A stretch of 64,000 bases of DNA from Sphaerodactylus townsendi. Its lineage: Eukaryota. The notes under the pieces were generated by a model. The model made no database searches and was not told the DNA's origin. It saw only the letters and a program-made list of their open reading frames with translations. Location: the NCBI RefSeq assembly GCF_021028975.2, contig NC_059427.1, forward strand, positions 96,534,001 to 96,598,000. The letters are read 5' to 3'. The translations under genes were made by a program, and so were the position numbers. Below are positions 12,650 through 24,335 of the stretch, in pieces (position 1 is the first letter of the stretch; each line of letters opens with the position of its first letter).

Positions 12650-13370
12650 CCCCGCAGCGACCCCTCGTAGAAAAGCCTCTGTGGCTTTTGACAACGGAGA
12701 CAAATGGGCCACTCCCCACTCACCATAAGCCGCGGGGTCACCTCTTTAAAAGACACGAAGAGGATGGACGTTCCCCACGTCACCAGCGCCCACTGTGCAG
12801 CTGCCCTTAATTTGCCGCTCTCCCACCTCCTTGTCGCGCGGCAAATTAGGTCCTCTGAAAAGAGCAACATTTTCAAAAACCCCGCAGGTGCCACAGGGGG
12901 GTGGGGAACCTCGGCTGTTTACGCAGGGATTCGCTCTGACGCGCAGCTTCCAGCCAATCAGGAAACAGGAACCGCCATTTTGTTTAGGGAGGGTATTCCC
13001 GTCAGAAAGTGCTCGGAAATTGAGACGTGTGCACAACAAGACGTGCCAACATTGCTCTTTTTTGCTCAAGCTCCACTGTTTTGCAGCTTAGCAAAGTGCT
13101 GCTGAGCACAGGGTTGTCAGCGGTGTAAACCGAAACCGATATTTACTTTCATTTTTCTGCCCAAGCAATTTGCAACAGGTAGTGACGTCAGCATGTGCAG
13201 ACATCTTAAAACAATGCGTTCAGCTTATCCAAACAAACTTTTCGGGTCAGCCAATCAAAATGGAGCCCCGCCTTCGGCTGGCTGCAACTCCCACGTGTAA
13301 ATGATGCACACGCGTGCCAGCCAATCAGAACGCTCGATTGCCTCTTTGACTCTTGATGTGGAACCCCGCG
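12650..13370. promoter_or_regulatory. CpG-rich promoter
   Basis: Local CpG retention in an otherwise CpG-depleted window. CAGCCAATCA NF-Y boxes with CCAAT at 12954, 13251 and 13321; CRE TGACGTCA 13183-13190; E-box CACGTG 13292-13297; YY1 CCGCCATTTT 12972-12981; GC box 13266-13272. Splice donors lie immediately leftward on the minus strand. Confidence 0.7.
12724..12870 (-). CDS. Candidate first coding exon of the same gene (MLLFSEDLIC...VTPRLM, 49 aa)
   Basis: ATG at 12870 has A at -3, and the strong donor ATG|gtgagt at 12724/12723 is in frame with the exon at 11542. It lies just downstream of the promoter motifs. Alternatively it is 5'UTR ending in the start ATG. Confidence 0.3.
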
Positions 13371-15486
13371 CTATTTCCTGAATGGAAAATGAGTGGGGAA
13401 CAAATAGCTAAGCAGATCTGATCCACCATCTTGCCTACCCACTGCTGCCTTGCTTGTTTCCTTGAAACCCCATTTTTGGTGCCTTTCCCCCCTCTGTCTG
13501 TGGTCTAGCATTTTTTCACTGGATTTAAGAGGGTCCACTGCAATATCGATAGATCTTCCCTGCTAATGTTAAAAAAGTCTTCAGAACATTATACAATGTA
13601 ATGATGGAACTGATGGAACTGCTGCCAGCCTGCTGCTCCCTTGTTTCCATTTCCTGCCACTTTTTCAGGGGTGGGGAGTTAGTTGACTTCTGTCTAGTGT
13701 TACTTCACTTTCAGGGTCTGTTGCTCCCATCAATAGACCTTTAGACTTTAAAAAAAATTTTTAAGCCCCTCAGATAGATCTGAAATGGTAGGACTAGGGC
13801 GGGAAAAAGTGGGGAGGAGCAAGAAAACCCAAAGAGAGAATAGTGCATGAGTACCTCCTTCACTTTCCCTGCAATGTTGCATTTTACCTGCTTTTGGAAA
13901 CCATTGGGATTTTCTGATCTGTGACACAATGAGTTCGGGAGCAGGAAAAACATGCGCACAACAGAGAATCTTACCCAAAGGGAATGTAAGCTCATGGCAG
14001 AGCAGACCGCAGGTGCATAAATGGCCAGTGCCTCTACCACTCACATATTGTACATTAGTCCTCTGTAATCTTATGTCAGTTACAAAGGCACTTTGCAATC
14101 AGTGGCCTCTCGGTTCTTTTTGGCAAAGAGGCCAATTCTGAAAAACATACTCTGTTCCAAATATTATCCTTGACATTCAGACAAACCTTCAAATTATCAG
14201 GCTGGCTCCAATCAAATGCCAGGCTTGCCTTGGTAATTTGAAACTGGGGCATTCCCAATTGTTTAAAAGGATGAAGAGAAAAAACCACTAAGGCAAAGTA
14301 GGCATTTATTGTTGGTGTTTCCACAGTACCCACAATTACAGGAGCAGCTAAAAGCATTTGATAAATACATACATTACACATCGCACCGGGTGGATTTATT
14401 AAATGAGTTTACAGTACAGATGGATGTTTTCTTTGCAATAATTTAAAATGAGGCTCCTTTTTTATTTTGAAGAAGGAGAAGAATAGCTGCCAGAGGAACA
14501 AAACTGTGCCTGCAATAAATGGACTCTAAAACGGAGTTTGCATTTGTTTACCCAGCCTTGTCTTTACATCACACCAGGCTGCTAGAGCTGCTGCAGATTT
14601 TCCAACCATCTCACTGGGCTATTTGCATTTAAATAGTTTTCTCTGTCATTATGTAAATGCCTCTTAGTTCAGCCAAAGTGTCCATTTTTCACTGGGAGCT
14701 TCCTGCGCAGACTTCTCTGCCCAACCACATCAACTACACTTGCCAGGTCTCCTCAAGCATTTTTCAGGCCATGACATTACAGAAGCTTTGAAAATCATCA
14801 CACTTGCACCCAGCATGGAAACATTAGGCATCCCACGCTGAAAGAAGGGAGTGCTGAAAAAGCTGCCATCAGCAAATAATTAAATCTAAATAAAGCATTC
14901 ATTAAAGGATGGTCACATTATTTCCTTTCTGATTGGTGGCTCCATTTCTCAGTCATAGTATCCAGTAGATTGCTTGTCCCATCTGCTCCTCCCTATCCTT
15001 ATGCCAGATGAATTAATGAACTATTAATGTTGAGTAAATTAGGTACACATTTTAAATATACTGAAAGCATCCCAGAGGGCTGGATGTAAAGCTCTGTAAA
15101 GCGCCATATTAACACCAGCAGTCCTCAGATTAATTTGGATAATAGCTTGAGAATGGTCTCCAAAATTCCTACCTATTCTTGGCGTCATGCACAAATGCTC
15201 TCCTTTCCCTAGGATTTTCTATTCTTTTTCCAGTTGGGCTGCAGACTCCAATGGATTATAAAATGGTGTTATTTAAAAGTAGAGATATTTGGTTTTATGT
15301 CAGAATTGCTGCCACAAAGAAGAGCCACAAATGAAGACAAAATTTGTGGCCAGAACCCTTACCTTAGATAGTGTCTGCAGTAACTTGTCACATAGTTCTC
15401 AAAGTTCACTCAGCCAAATGACCAACCGAAGAACATTTCCCAATGCAATCAGGCAGTTTCTAATTCCTTTTGAAGTTTATGCATAT

Positions 15487-18225
15487 GGATTCACCTCCCA
15501 AGAAGCTTAATTCAGGTGCAGAAATTTTCCTCACCTCCTCTTGGGTGAAGACAGATGCAAAGAATTCATTCAGCTTCTCTGCAATCTCCCTGTCATCCTT
15601 TAGCACACGTTTTGTTCCTTCGTCATCTAATGGGCCTACCGCTTCTCTAGCTGGCTTCCTACTTTTGATGTATTTAAAGAACTGTTTGTTGCCAGTCTTG
15701 ATGTTTGCAGCCATGCGTTCCTCATAATCCTTTTTTGCCTCACAGCTAACTTGCTTCTCTTTTGCCACCATTTGTGTTCCTTCTCGTATTCTTCATCAAT
15801 CGAGCTTGACTTCCATTTTCTAAAATACATCTTTTTTCTGATAGTTTCCTCAACCTCCCTTGTTAACTATGGTGGCTTCCTTTTGGACTGAGTGCTGCCT
15901 TTCCTAACCTGCAGAACACATTCCAGCTGAGCTTTTATTACTGTGTTTTTTAATAACCTCCAAACATCTTGGACAGTTTTGACTCTCTTGATTTTTCCTT
16001 TCATCTTCCTGTGCATTATCCCCCTCATCTTTGAGAAATTTCCCCTTCTGAAGACAAATGTAACTATATTAGTAGTTGTCACTTGCTCACATGCAGAGAT
16101 ACTGAATCTGACAGCATTGTGGTTGCTGTTCCCTATCGGCTCAGCAACACTGACTTCCCGTACCAGGTCCTGGGTCCCACATAGAATTATATCTAGCATC
16201 ACCTCTCCCCTGGTTGGTTCCACAACCATCTGCTCTAAGTCACAGTCATTTAGAATATCCAGGAATGCTATCTCCTTACTATGACCTGAACATGCATTTT
16301 TCCAGTTTATGTGGGGATAGTTGAAATCCCATTATCACTATGTTTTTGCTTTTGTTGGCCTCTCTAATTTCTTTTTCCATCTCAGAATCCTCTTGTGCGC
16401 TTTGGTCAGGGGAACAATAATATATTCCTAATATTAGACAATCCTTCACACCTGGTATCGATATCCACAGTGTTTCTGTAGGGGAATCAGCTCCCCTTGC
16501 ATTTCTATTTTATGTGACACTATGCTCTCTTTTATGTAAAGGGCAACACCTCCTGCGATATGCCCTGTCCTATCCTCTCTGTAGAGCCTGTAACCTGGGA
16601 TAACAGCATCCCACTGATTCTCCTCATTCCACTATGGCTCTGTGATGCCCACTATATCAATGTCCTTCCTGAAAACCCTGTACTCCAGCATCCCCAATTT
16701 AGGTCGAAGGCTTCTACTGTTACATAAAGACACCTGTATACCCTGTCTCTGTCCCTAACCTGGGATTTATGTGCTTTGCCCTCTAGCCCTTTGTAGATGT
16801 TATCACTTACCACATGCACATAGCTATGTTCCATGCTTGTATGTGGTTGATTTAGAAAAACCTCCCTCTCTGTCTGCATTCCCATAGATACTGTATTCCA
16901 AACCAAAGTCACTACAACTCCTATTGACTTTCCCCCAGGGATAAGTTTAAAAGCTCTTCTGCCACCTTTTTAATGTTGAGTGCCAGCAGCCTGGTTCCTT
17001 TTTGGTTAAGATGAAGGCTGTCCCTTTTGTACAAATCTGCCTTGTCCCAAAAGGTTCCCCAGTTCCTAACAAATCTGAAACCCTCTGCCTTACACCACCC
17101 AGACCCTGTATCTCCACTTGCCAAGCTGACCCTGCGCGTGGAACAGGTAGCATTTCTGAGAATGCCACCTTGGGGGTCCTGGACTTCAACTTATTACCTG
17201 GCAGTCTAAATTTAGCCTCCAGAAATTCCCGGCTACATTTCCCAATGTCGTTGGTGCCAATGTAGACCACAACTGCTGATTCCATCCCAGAATTGTATAA
17301 CAGCCTATCTAGATGAAGCATGACATCCACCGCCTTCGCACCAGGCAGGCAAGTCACCATGCAGTCATCACACCTCTCACAAACCCAACTCTCTACATTC
17401 CTAATGATCGAATCACCTACTACAAGGAGACTCCCATCTCCCCAAACGGTATCCTTGGTGCAAGAGGATAGCTGATCACCAGCTAAGAAAGGGGTCCCAT
17501 CTAAGGGAGCATCTTCCACCACCTCAGACTGGCATCCTCCGTCCCCCAGACCCTCATTCTTCATGACATCTGAAGAGATGTCACCCTTGGAGTGAGACCT
17601 GGCTGTTATGTCCCTGAAAGCTTTGTCTGTCACCCGCTCTGCCTCTCTCAGCTTCTCCAGGTTTGCCACCTTGGCTTCAAGAGAAAACACACATTCCCTG
17701 AGTGGCAAGAGCTCATTGCAGCAAGGACACACCCACGACTTCTGTCCTAGTGGTAGATAGTCATACATGTGACACTCAGTGCAAAACACTGGAAAGCCCC
17801 CACACTCCTGCTGGCTTCCTGCCTTCATATCTAACTCAGTTTAAATATTCAAATATTAAACTTTTAATGAGTGCCTCCCCCTTGAACTGTCTGTACCTTC
17901 TACTATCTTTCAAGATATGTCCTTATTTAGTAAAAAAAAACCCTGCACACGCCCACTGCTTCCAGAGAGTGAGCAACAGAGCTAATAGGAAGCCCCACTT
18001 CTCAGCAAGCCCCACCCCTCAGAAGTCTGGAGCAAGCACACAGCCAGAGCAAAGAAAACAAGAAAAAAACCATGTTAAAAACACACTGTTAAGAGATTAA
18101 AAGATTTGGCTCTGAGAAAAGCCCTCCAAAAAGAAAAACCAGAGCTCACCTAGTGCTGTCTGTCCCACTTCTCCTCTCCCTGCTACTCCTCTCCTCTGCT
18201 ACTCCTTTCTGCTGCTTCCAGAGAG
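15487..18225 (-). mobile_element. CR1 LINE, 5' portion (5'UTR, ORF1, endonuclease part of ORF2); RT and 3' end absent
   Basis: ORF1 has a Cys/His finger plus SGNH esterase motifs. Disrupted ORF2 fragments (EPTRGEVMLDIIL...IGNSNHNAVRF, NKQFFKYIKSRK...AEKLNEFFASVFT) are typical of CR1. Confidence 0.92.
16947..17828 (-). pseudogene. CR1 ORF1 (zinc finger + SGNH esterase), frameshifted near the C-terminus
   Basis: Motifs VFCTECHMY...WVCPCC, a coiled coil, LLVVGDSIIR, CLPGA and YIGTND. The C-terminal YKRDSLHLN motif is in another frame (16921-17124). Confidence 0.85.
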
Positions 18226-19200
18226 CATTATTATTCCAGATAGCATTATTAACACCTGCATGTTGTTTGTGAAATCCAGATTCAATAAACTACCATGGTG
18301 TCTGTGTCCTTAAAGATTACAGCCCTCTTCAGTCACAGCAGGGATGTGCACCACTGGCCTTCCCAATGAGGCCTCCACATTTACCCACTCAGAAATAAAT
18401 ATTAGAAGCTTGGCCTTTTGTCCTTGACAGATTGTTAAAAAAAAACCTTGCCTGCTGGACTCCAGTTTCAGCTCTGGCAATTGTTTGCAGTGGAGAACAT
18501 TATTTCAGACCTAGTTCTGGTAAGTGCCTTTTACAGCCTGGACACATGAACCAATCTGTTCTTCCCACTGAGAAAAATAAAATAAAAATCACCAGCTTCA
18601 GGTGTGACATGACATCACTTCAGAACTCACGTCATATCACTCTAGGAATTGGCAGAAACTTTATGGTAAATCCAGAGATTCCAACACTTTGTACAGAGGC
18701 CATCACTTCCTGGCTCCTTCATATGTCATGTCACATTACACACCCCAACAGTGCCCCCAGTCTCCCGGTAGGTGCCAGCCATTGACTGGCAACCCTACCA
18801 TGAACACATTAGACTGCCTTATGTTGAGCTGTCAACTCTGGCTTGAGAAATTTCTTCAGATCTAGGAGTGGCACCTGGGGAAGGTGGTGTTTGTGGAACA
18901 GAGGAAACTCAGCAGGGATGCAATACCAGAGTTTATCCTCTGAAGCTGCCATTTTCTCAAAGGAAGCTGATCTCTGTATTCTGGAGATCAGTTTTAATTC
19001 CAGAAAAACTACAGACTTCACCTGAAGGTTGGCAACCATGACTGAGTCAGAATGCTAGTCTGTGAAGGTTAGTATTGTCAACTTTAACTAGCAGTGGCTC
19101 TCCAGGGTCTCAAGTCCAGGTTTTTCATACAACCTGCGCCAGATCCTTTTAAAATTGGATATGCCAGAGATTCAACCTGAGACCTTCTACATGCAAAACT

Positions 19201-19515
19201 GAGAGCCAGCGTGGTGTGGTAGTTAAGAGCAGGTGGACTCTGATCTGGAGCACTGGGTTTGATTCCCTGCTCCTTCATCTGAGCAGCAAAGTCTTATCTG
19301 GTGAACCAGATTTGCTTCTGAATTCCTACATGCCAACTGGGTGACTTTGGGCTAGTCACAGTTCTCTCAGAACTCTCTCAGCCCCACCTACCTCACAAAG
19401 TGTCTGTTATTGAAAGAGGAAGGGGGTGGAATTTGTAAGGCCTGTTGAGTCTCCTTACAGGCCAGAAAAGAGGCGGCGGGGGGGGGGGGGGGTATAGATC
19501 CAAACTCTTTTTCTC
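19201..19515 (+). mobile_element. Squam3-like SINE
   Basis: GAGAGCCAGCGTGGTGTGGTAGTTAAGAGC head and GGGTTTGATTCCC B-box, with a body homologous to 2847-3141. Confidence 0.85.
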
Positions 19516-20724
19516 TGATGTTTTACTCCTGAGCCTTGGCCCCTCCTCATAGCCCAGTTCAAACACACACCAACAGCTGCTACCTTTGGAAGCTGGATCC
19601 TCTAGCTTATGAAGTATAAAATCAACAGTGCACCACACAGTGCTGGAAATAATCATTTTGTTAGCAAATATGGAAACATTATAAAACCCAGAGTCCATGT
19701 ATTATACAACAATATGTGGGTTTTAATTTAAAATATGCAGATTTATTGTCTGGATATGAAAGCATATATCTATATGATATGGTATTTGCACATTTTAATA
19801 TGGCACCTTATGTCCAACGAAATGCCTGACACGAAGGGCAGAGCCAGCCAGCTAAGCCCCTTTACTACCCTGAAAAGAAGACAAGACAAGGCCTGATGCA
19901 TCCCACTCTGTGACTGCACCTGTCCTTGTGTTGATGGTGGATCCCAGCACAGGTGCATGGGAAGCAGGGTGTGCCCTTGTGCCAGCATTTGCAACCATAT
20001 GCTCATTCCAAGGAGTTGCTGTGCAGTTACACAGTCAGCTAGAAACCTTAAAACTTACAAAAAACAAAGGAACTATCCTTTCCCTGCAAAACAACTAATT
20101 CCTATTTGTTTGTGCAGAAACTGTTTTTTAATACTCCAGACTGAATATCTGCATCTGAATATCTGAAACACGTCCCTGGGTTTGTATTCTTTGTGCTCTC
20201 TGTTGCTGCCTGCTATATTACAGGTTTAATCTAATCAACGAATGCAGTTCTCTTAATAAATAAGCGATCCACTTGAACAATTTTGTCCTGGTCCAGACAA
20301 AAATGAATGAAGCTAGAGAACACAGAAGGCCTATAATCTTCTCCCTGATGCAGAGTAAAGGGGGAAGAAAGAACACAGTGGAAATCTGGCAGGCAGGAGA
20401 GGTAGGCTGAGTGTTTGTGCGTGCGTGCACATGACTCATGGCTGCCTGCTGATGCGCCTGATTCAGAACAAGACTGAAAGAACAATAATGCTCTTCTGTA
20501 ACAACTCGCCTTTAAGCTTTACTGCACTTGCACACACTTAATGATCAGAGGGATCACAAGATACTAGGTTCGTAATGTTCTCTGTTACGAGAATTTTAAC
20601 CTACAACAACTAGAGATTGGGGCCAGGAGCGGGGGCGGGGGGTAGAGAGGCAAGGGATACAGTGTGGAATGATTGTGTGATGGGGTATATACTGTGCCAC
20701 AGAGAGAAAAACATTTTACAGTGC

Positions 20725-20855
20725 AGTGCCTCTGAAGATGCCAGCCATAGATGCAGGCAAAATGTTAGCAGCGAAAACTACCAGACCAAAGCCACACAGT
20801 CCAGAAACCTACAACAGCCAGTTGATTCCAGCTGTGAAAGCCTTAGACAATACTT
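20725..20855 (+). mobile_element. Penelope-like terminal repeat with decayed minimal hammerhead ribozyme
   Basis: CCT-CTGAAGA-TGCCAGC-CATAGAT-GCAGGC-AAAATGTTAG. Homologous to both arms of the element at 32100-32425. Confidence 0.7.
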
Positions 20856-20864
20856 CATGTTTAC

Positions 20865-21095
20865 TTATTCACTTAATTTATCCCCCACCTTTTCGCTCAA
20901 TGGGGACCTAAAATAACTTTGTTCATTCTCCTTTCTTACATTTTATCTTCACAACAACCCTTTGAGGCAATATCGCTGGCCCAGCAAGCTTCCATAGTGG
21001 TGGGGGGATCCAAACCTGCAGGAATTGGTGGGGGCAGGAGTTTCAAACCTGGATCTCCCAGATCCTAGCTGACACTATAGCATTACACCATAGTG
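20865..21095 (-). mobile_element. Decayed Squam3-like SINE
   Basis: TTTTATCTTCACAACAACCCTTTGAGG core and a reverse tRNA-like head (TCAAACCTGGATCTCCCAGATCCTAG...CATTACACCA). Confidence 0.7.
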
Positions 21096-22947
21096 TCTAT
21101 ATCAACCCTTTCAGGTTTTAAAGCTATAATGCAAATAGTTCACATGCCATCCCCTTTTCCTCAGGATACAGAGAGATAACCTTTTATTCTTTCAGAGAGT
21201 TTGAATGAGGTATGGCTTCTAATGCTGCATTCACTCACCTCACATTTGCTTTTCATGAACAGGTTTTGTGAGATTTTGTATTTTAAAACAATCTGAAAAA
21301 CCTGTTTGACCAGAGACATCAATAGAATAAAACGAATGGATGCGTACATCTTGGGAAACAACACCTCTGTAAAGTACTTCCAATACTCCTAAAATCTGCT
21401 GACTGTCTCCAGCTTGGCTATGAAGTACCACGCCTGGTTTCTCACGGTGTATGAGTTCTGCTGAATTTGCACCTAAAACTAGCATATGCCATCCAGCTAC
21501 GGCTCTGATATACCAGCATTCTTCATTTGGCACTGGATCTAATAAGTTTGTTGAGCACCATGCCTGTTTTAAGTTCAAAATATGCAAATACGTAGTTTAT
21601 AAATATAAAAATGTGCACCTGGATTATGGTGTTTAGATGTTTTTAAATCTCCATTTCCTAAATGTTATCTGCTGAGGTATCCCAAATGCTTTGTGTACAG
21701 CATTCCAGTTAGCAGATGCATTTGCACCCTATCCATGAGCAACTGTCTCATAATGTAAAACAGCAATATTTATCTTCATCTGTCAAGTTTTGATGCACAC
21801 AGTTCTTAAGAGAACACAGAAAGGTTGAAGTTTAATGTGATGTGCATGTTTGCTCTGTATTTACAGTAGGTATGTATTTGTGGTGCATTTATTGACCAAA
21901 ATCAAAGCAACTGCTCTATATAAATTGTAAAAGAAGATTTGAACAGGGAATAGGTAGATTTTAGTCATTGGTGGGGATCGCTGGTATTCAGCTGAAACCT
22001 AAAATGGCACTTTTAAGAAGAGTAGCTGTTAAGAGTGTCAGACAGACAGCACGATCTGGTGGGGAAGGGAGCAACGTGGCTCTTCGAACCAGTGCAGAGC
22101 TAGGCAATGCAATTGCCCACCTGCTGGCATAAGTGGAACCTACACCAGCGGAGAGGCAGATGGACGCAACATTCAACCTGAAAGAGCCTACTGCTTGCAG
22201 AGCTGTACTAGCCTGAAGGTGGATACCAGGGTGGCTGGGGGCAGGCTAGGGGCGTTCCCGCTGGCGTTCCAATTTTAATCGGCTTCTACCAGATTTTTGG
22301 CTCTGGCTGTTGTAGAGCTCCAGCTTGCACCATCAGAAAGGATAGCAGAAGTACGTTTTGTCTAATGGAGGAATTTCACATGACCAGGAGTCTTCTGCTT
22401 TTCATTGTCTCCCTGCACCACTTGGAAGCCCTCTGGAGGTAGCATAGAGGTGCAGCAATAGCACCATCTTAAACCTCTGTAAAATAGTGTTGCCAGGTCC
22501 CTGGCAGGGGGTGGGGGACTTATAAGTGGCAAATGGAAGGCCAGCATCAATGCAACATTTCACTTTTAGAAGTGACATCATCATGTTGCCAATGATCGTG
22601 GGGACACTCTGGTATTGCCGGGATCTGTTGACCTCTGCAATAACCATACTACTGAGTTCAGAAATCAGTTTATTGTAAGGATATCATGAACAGCATCAAG
22701 CAGGCTTTGCTGGAACTGACTTCCACTACAGTATCCTTTGGTAAATATCTTTTCCCCATACCTTCTTCCTGCACCCACCCTCAAAATCCCAGCCAGGTTA
22801 AAGCACTAAGAGCTTTTCCAGGCAGAGCAGAGTCTTCAAGGTCACTCCAGAGATAATGCAGGTGATGGGCAAAGGATGAGAAAGTCACTGTGCACCTAAA
22901 GCAAAGGAAAACAAGGTAAAGGTTCCCACATTGTGACTTGCTCCCGG

Positions 22948-22948
22948 T

Positions 22949-22991
<43 letters not shown>
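22948..22991. repeat. (TA)n(CA)n compound microsatellite
   Basis: Direct observation. Confidence 0.95.
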
Positions 22992-22997
<6 letters not shown>

Positions 22998-23589
22998 ATG
23001 GCAAGAACTGGGGAAGAGCTGAAATATTAACAGGTCTTAGCAGGATCTTGAAATGTATTTGGACAAAAACTCTATACCAGAAGCCATCTTTACTATAGAG
23101 TTTTACCAAACACCAGAGTGTATGCATAATTGCTGGTGATGTGATGACGTCACTTCATAAAGCGATGACCTCTTGTTGGTGCCTCTCTCTGGCTTCTAGT
23201 AAGTCTTCCACCAGCCAGCTGAATGGCACCAAAGGAGAAACTTGGAGGAGGGAGTCACCAGTCACCAGCAGAGGAATGGCAACCCTAGATAAGGATCTTG
23301 GAGAAGGTCCACTCTGTTGTGAAAGCTCACTGGATTATCTTGGGCCAGTCACTCTCTCTCAACCTAACACAGAGTTGTTGTGAGGATAAAGTGAGGACAA
23401 GAGAATGATTAAAAAAACTGCTTCGGGTTCCCATTAGGGAAAAAGGTGGGGTATAAATGAACTAAATAAAAGAAATAATTGTAAGTTAGCCTTACGTTTT
23501 TAATTATTTTAGTGGTTTTATTTTATTGGTATTGGTAAAAGCTGGCATTGGAGACTGCCTTACTAGTTGTTTTGCTTTTATTATATCTT

Positions 23590-23962
23590 GCAAACTGAGG
23601 TTCGTGGCTTCCTTTGTAGAGTCACTCCTTCTCCTGTTGGGTCTTCTTTTTTTCCTGCTGCCTTCAACCTTTCCTAGCATTATTGTCTTTTCCAGCAACT
23701 CTTATCTTCTCATTATGTGTTCAAGATAAGACATTTCAGGCTTGATTTAATCTAGAACCCACTTATTGTTGTTGGGCAGTCCATGGTACCTAAAGACTGT
23801 CTTCCAACACCACATTTCAAAGGAGTCTACTTTCTTCCAGTCAGCTTTCTTCTTTGTCCAGCTTTCACACCCATACGTAGTAATTGAGAATACAATGCAA
23901 TGAATTAATTTGATCTTGGTTGCCAGTGACACATTCTTGCGCTTAAGAATCTTTTCTAGGTC
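23590..23962 (-). mobile_element. RTE/BovB-type LINE 3' fragment
   Basis: Translations TKIKLIHCIVFSITTYGCESWT...DSFEMWCW and LEKTIMLGKVEGSRKKRRP match the RTE/BovB ORF C-terminus. Confidence 0.9.
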
Positions 23963-24335
23963 TTTCTTTCTAGGAAAGTTAACTTTCTTGAAATATTTGG
24001 AGGGGGGGTGGCGGATTTCATGAACTCTTTGATAGCGACAAAAATCTCCTCACTAAAAATTGAAATCTTTTGAAAGAAGACTGATAATTGGTTTTCCTCG
24101 CCTGATTGTTTGCTCTGGGTGGATACAACCTTGACCTCTGAGCCTCAGCCTCTTTGATCCAGATTCTTATTATAACCCCAAACTATCTCCCAGATTCATT
24201 TCTAACAAGAATAATGAGTTTTTATATAAAGGAGACCTGTCTCCAGGTCTAGGCAACAGCAGCACTTAACCTCTTGCCAAATTTGCTTTAAAAGCAAAGC
24301 ATAAAAGGCAAGATTAGGATGGGATCTCTGTGTCC

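Noticed and set aside
14151-14347. Minus-strand exon-like ORF (APVIVGTVETP...NIWNR) with ag/gt ends
   Set aside because: It lies upstream of the promoter, its phase is incompatible with the 12855 acceptor, and no homology is recognised.
21240-21587. 115-aa minus-strand ORF ending TGA G|gtgagt
   Set aside because: Weak acceptor, a stop codon immediately before the donor, no SECIS evidence, and a length within chance range.
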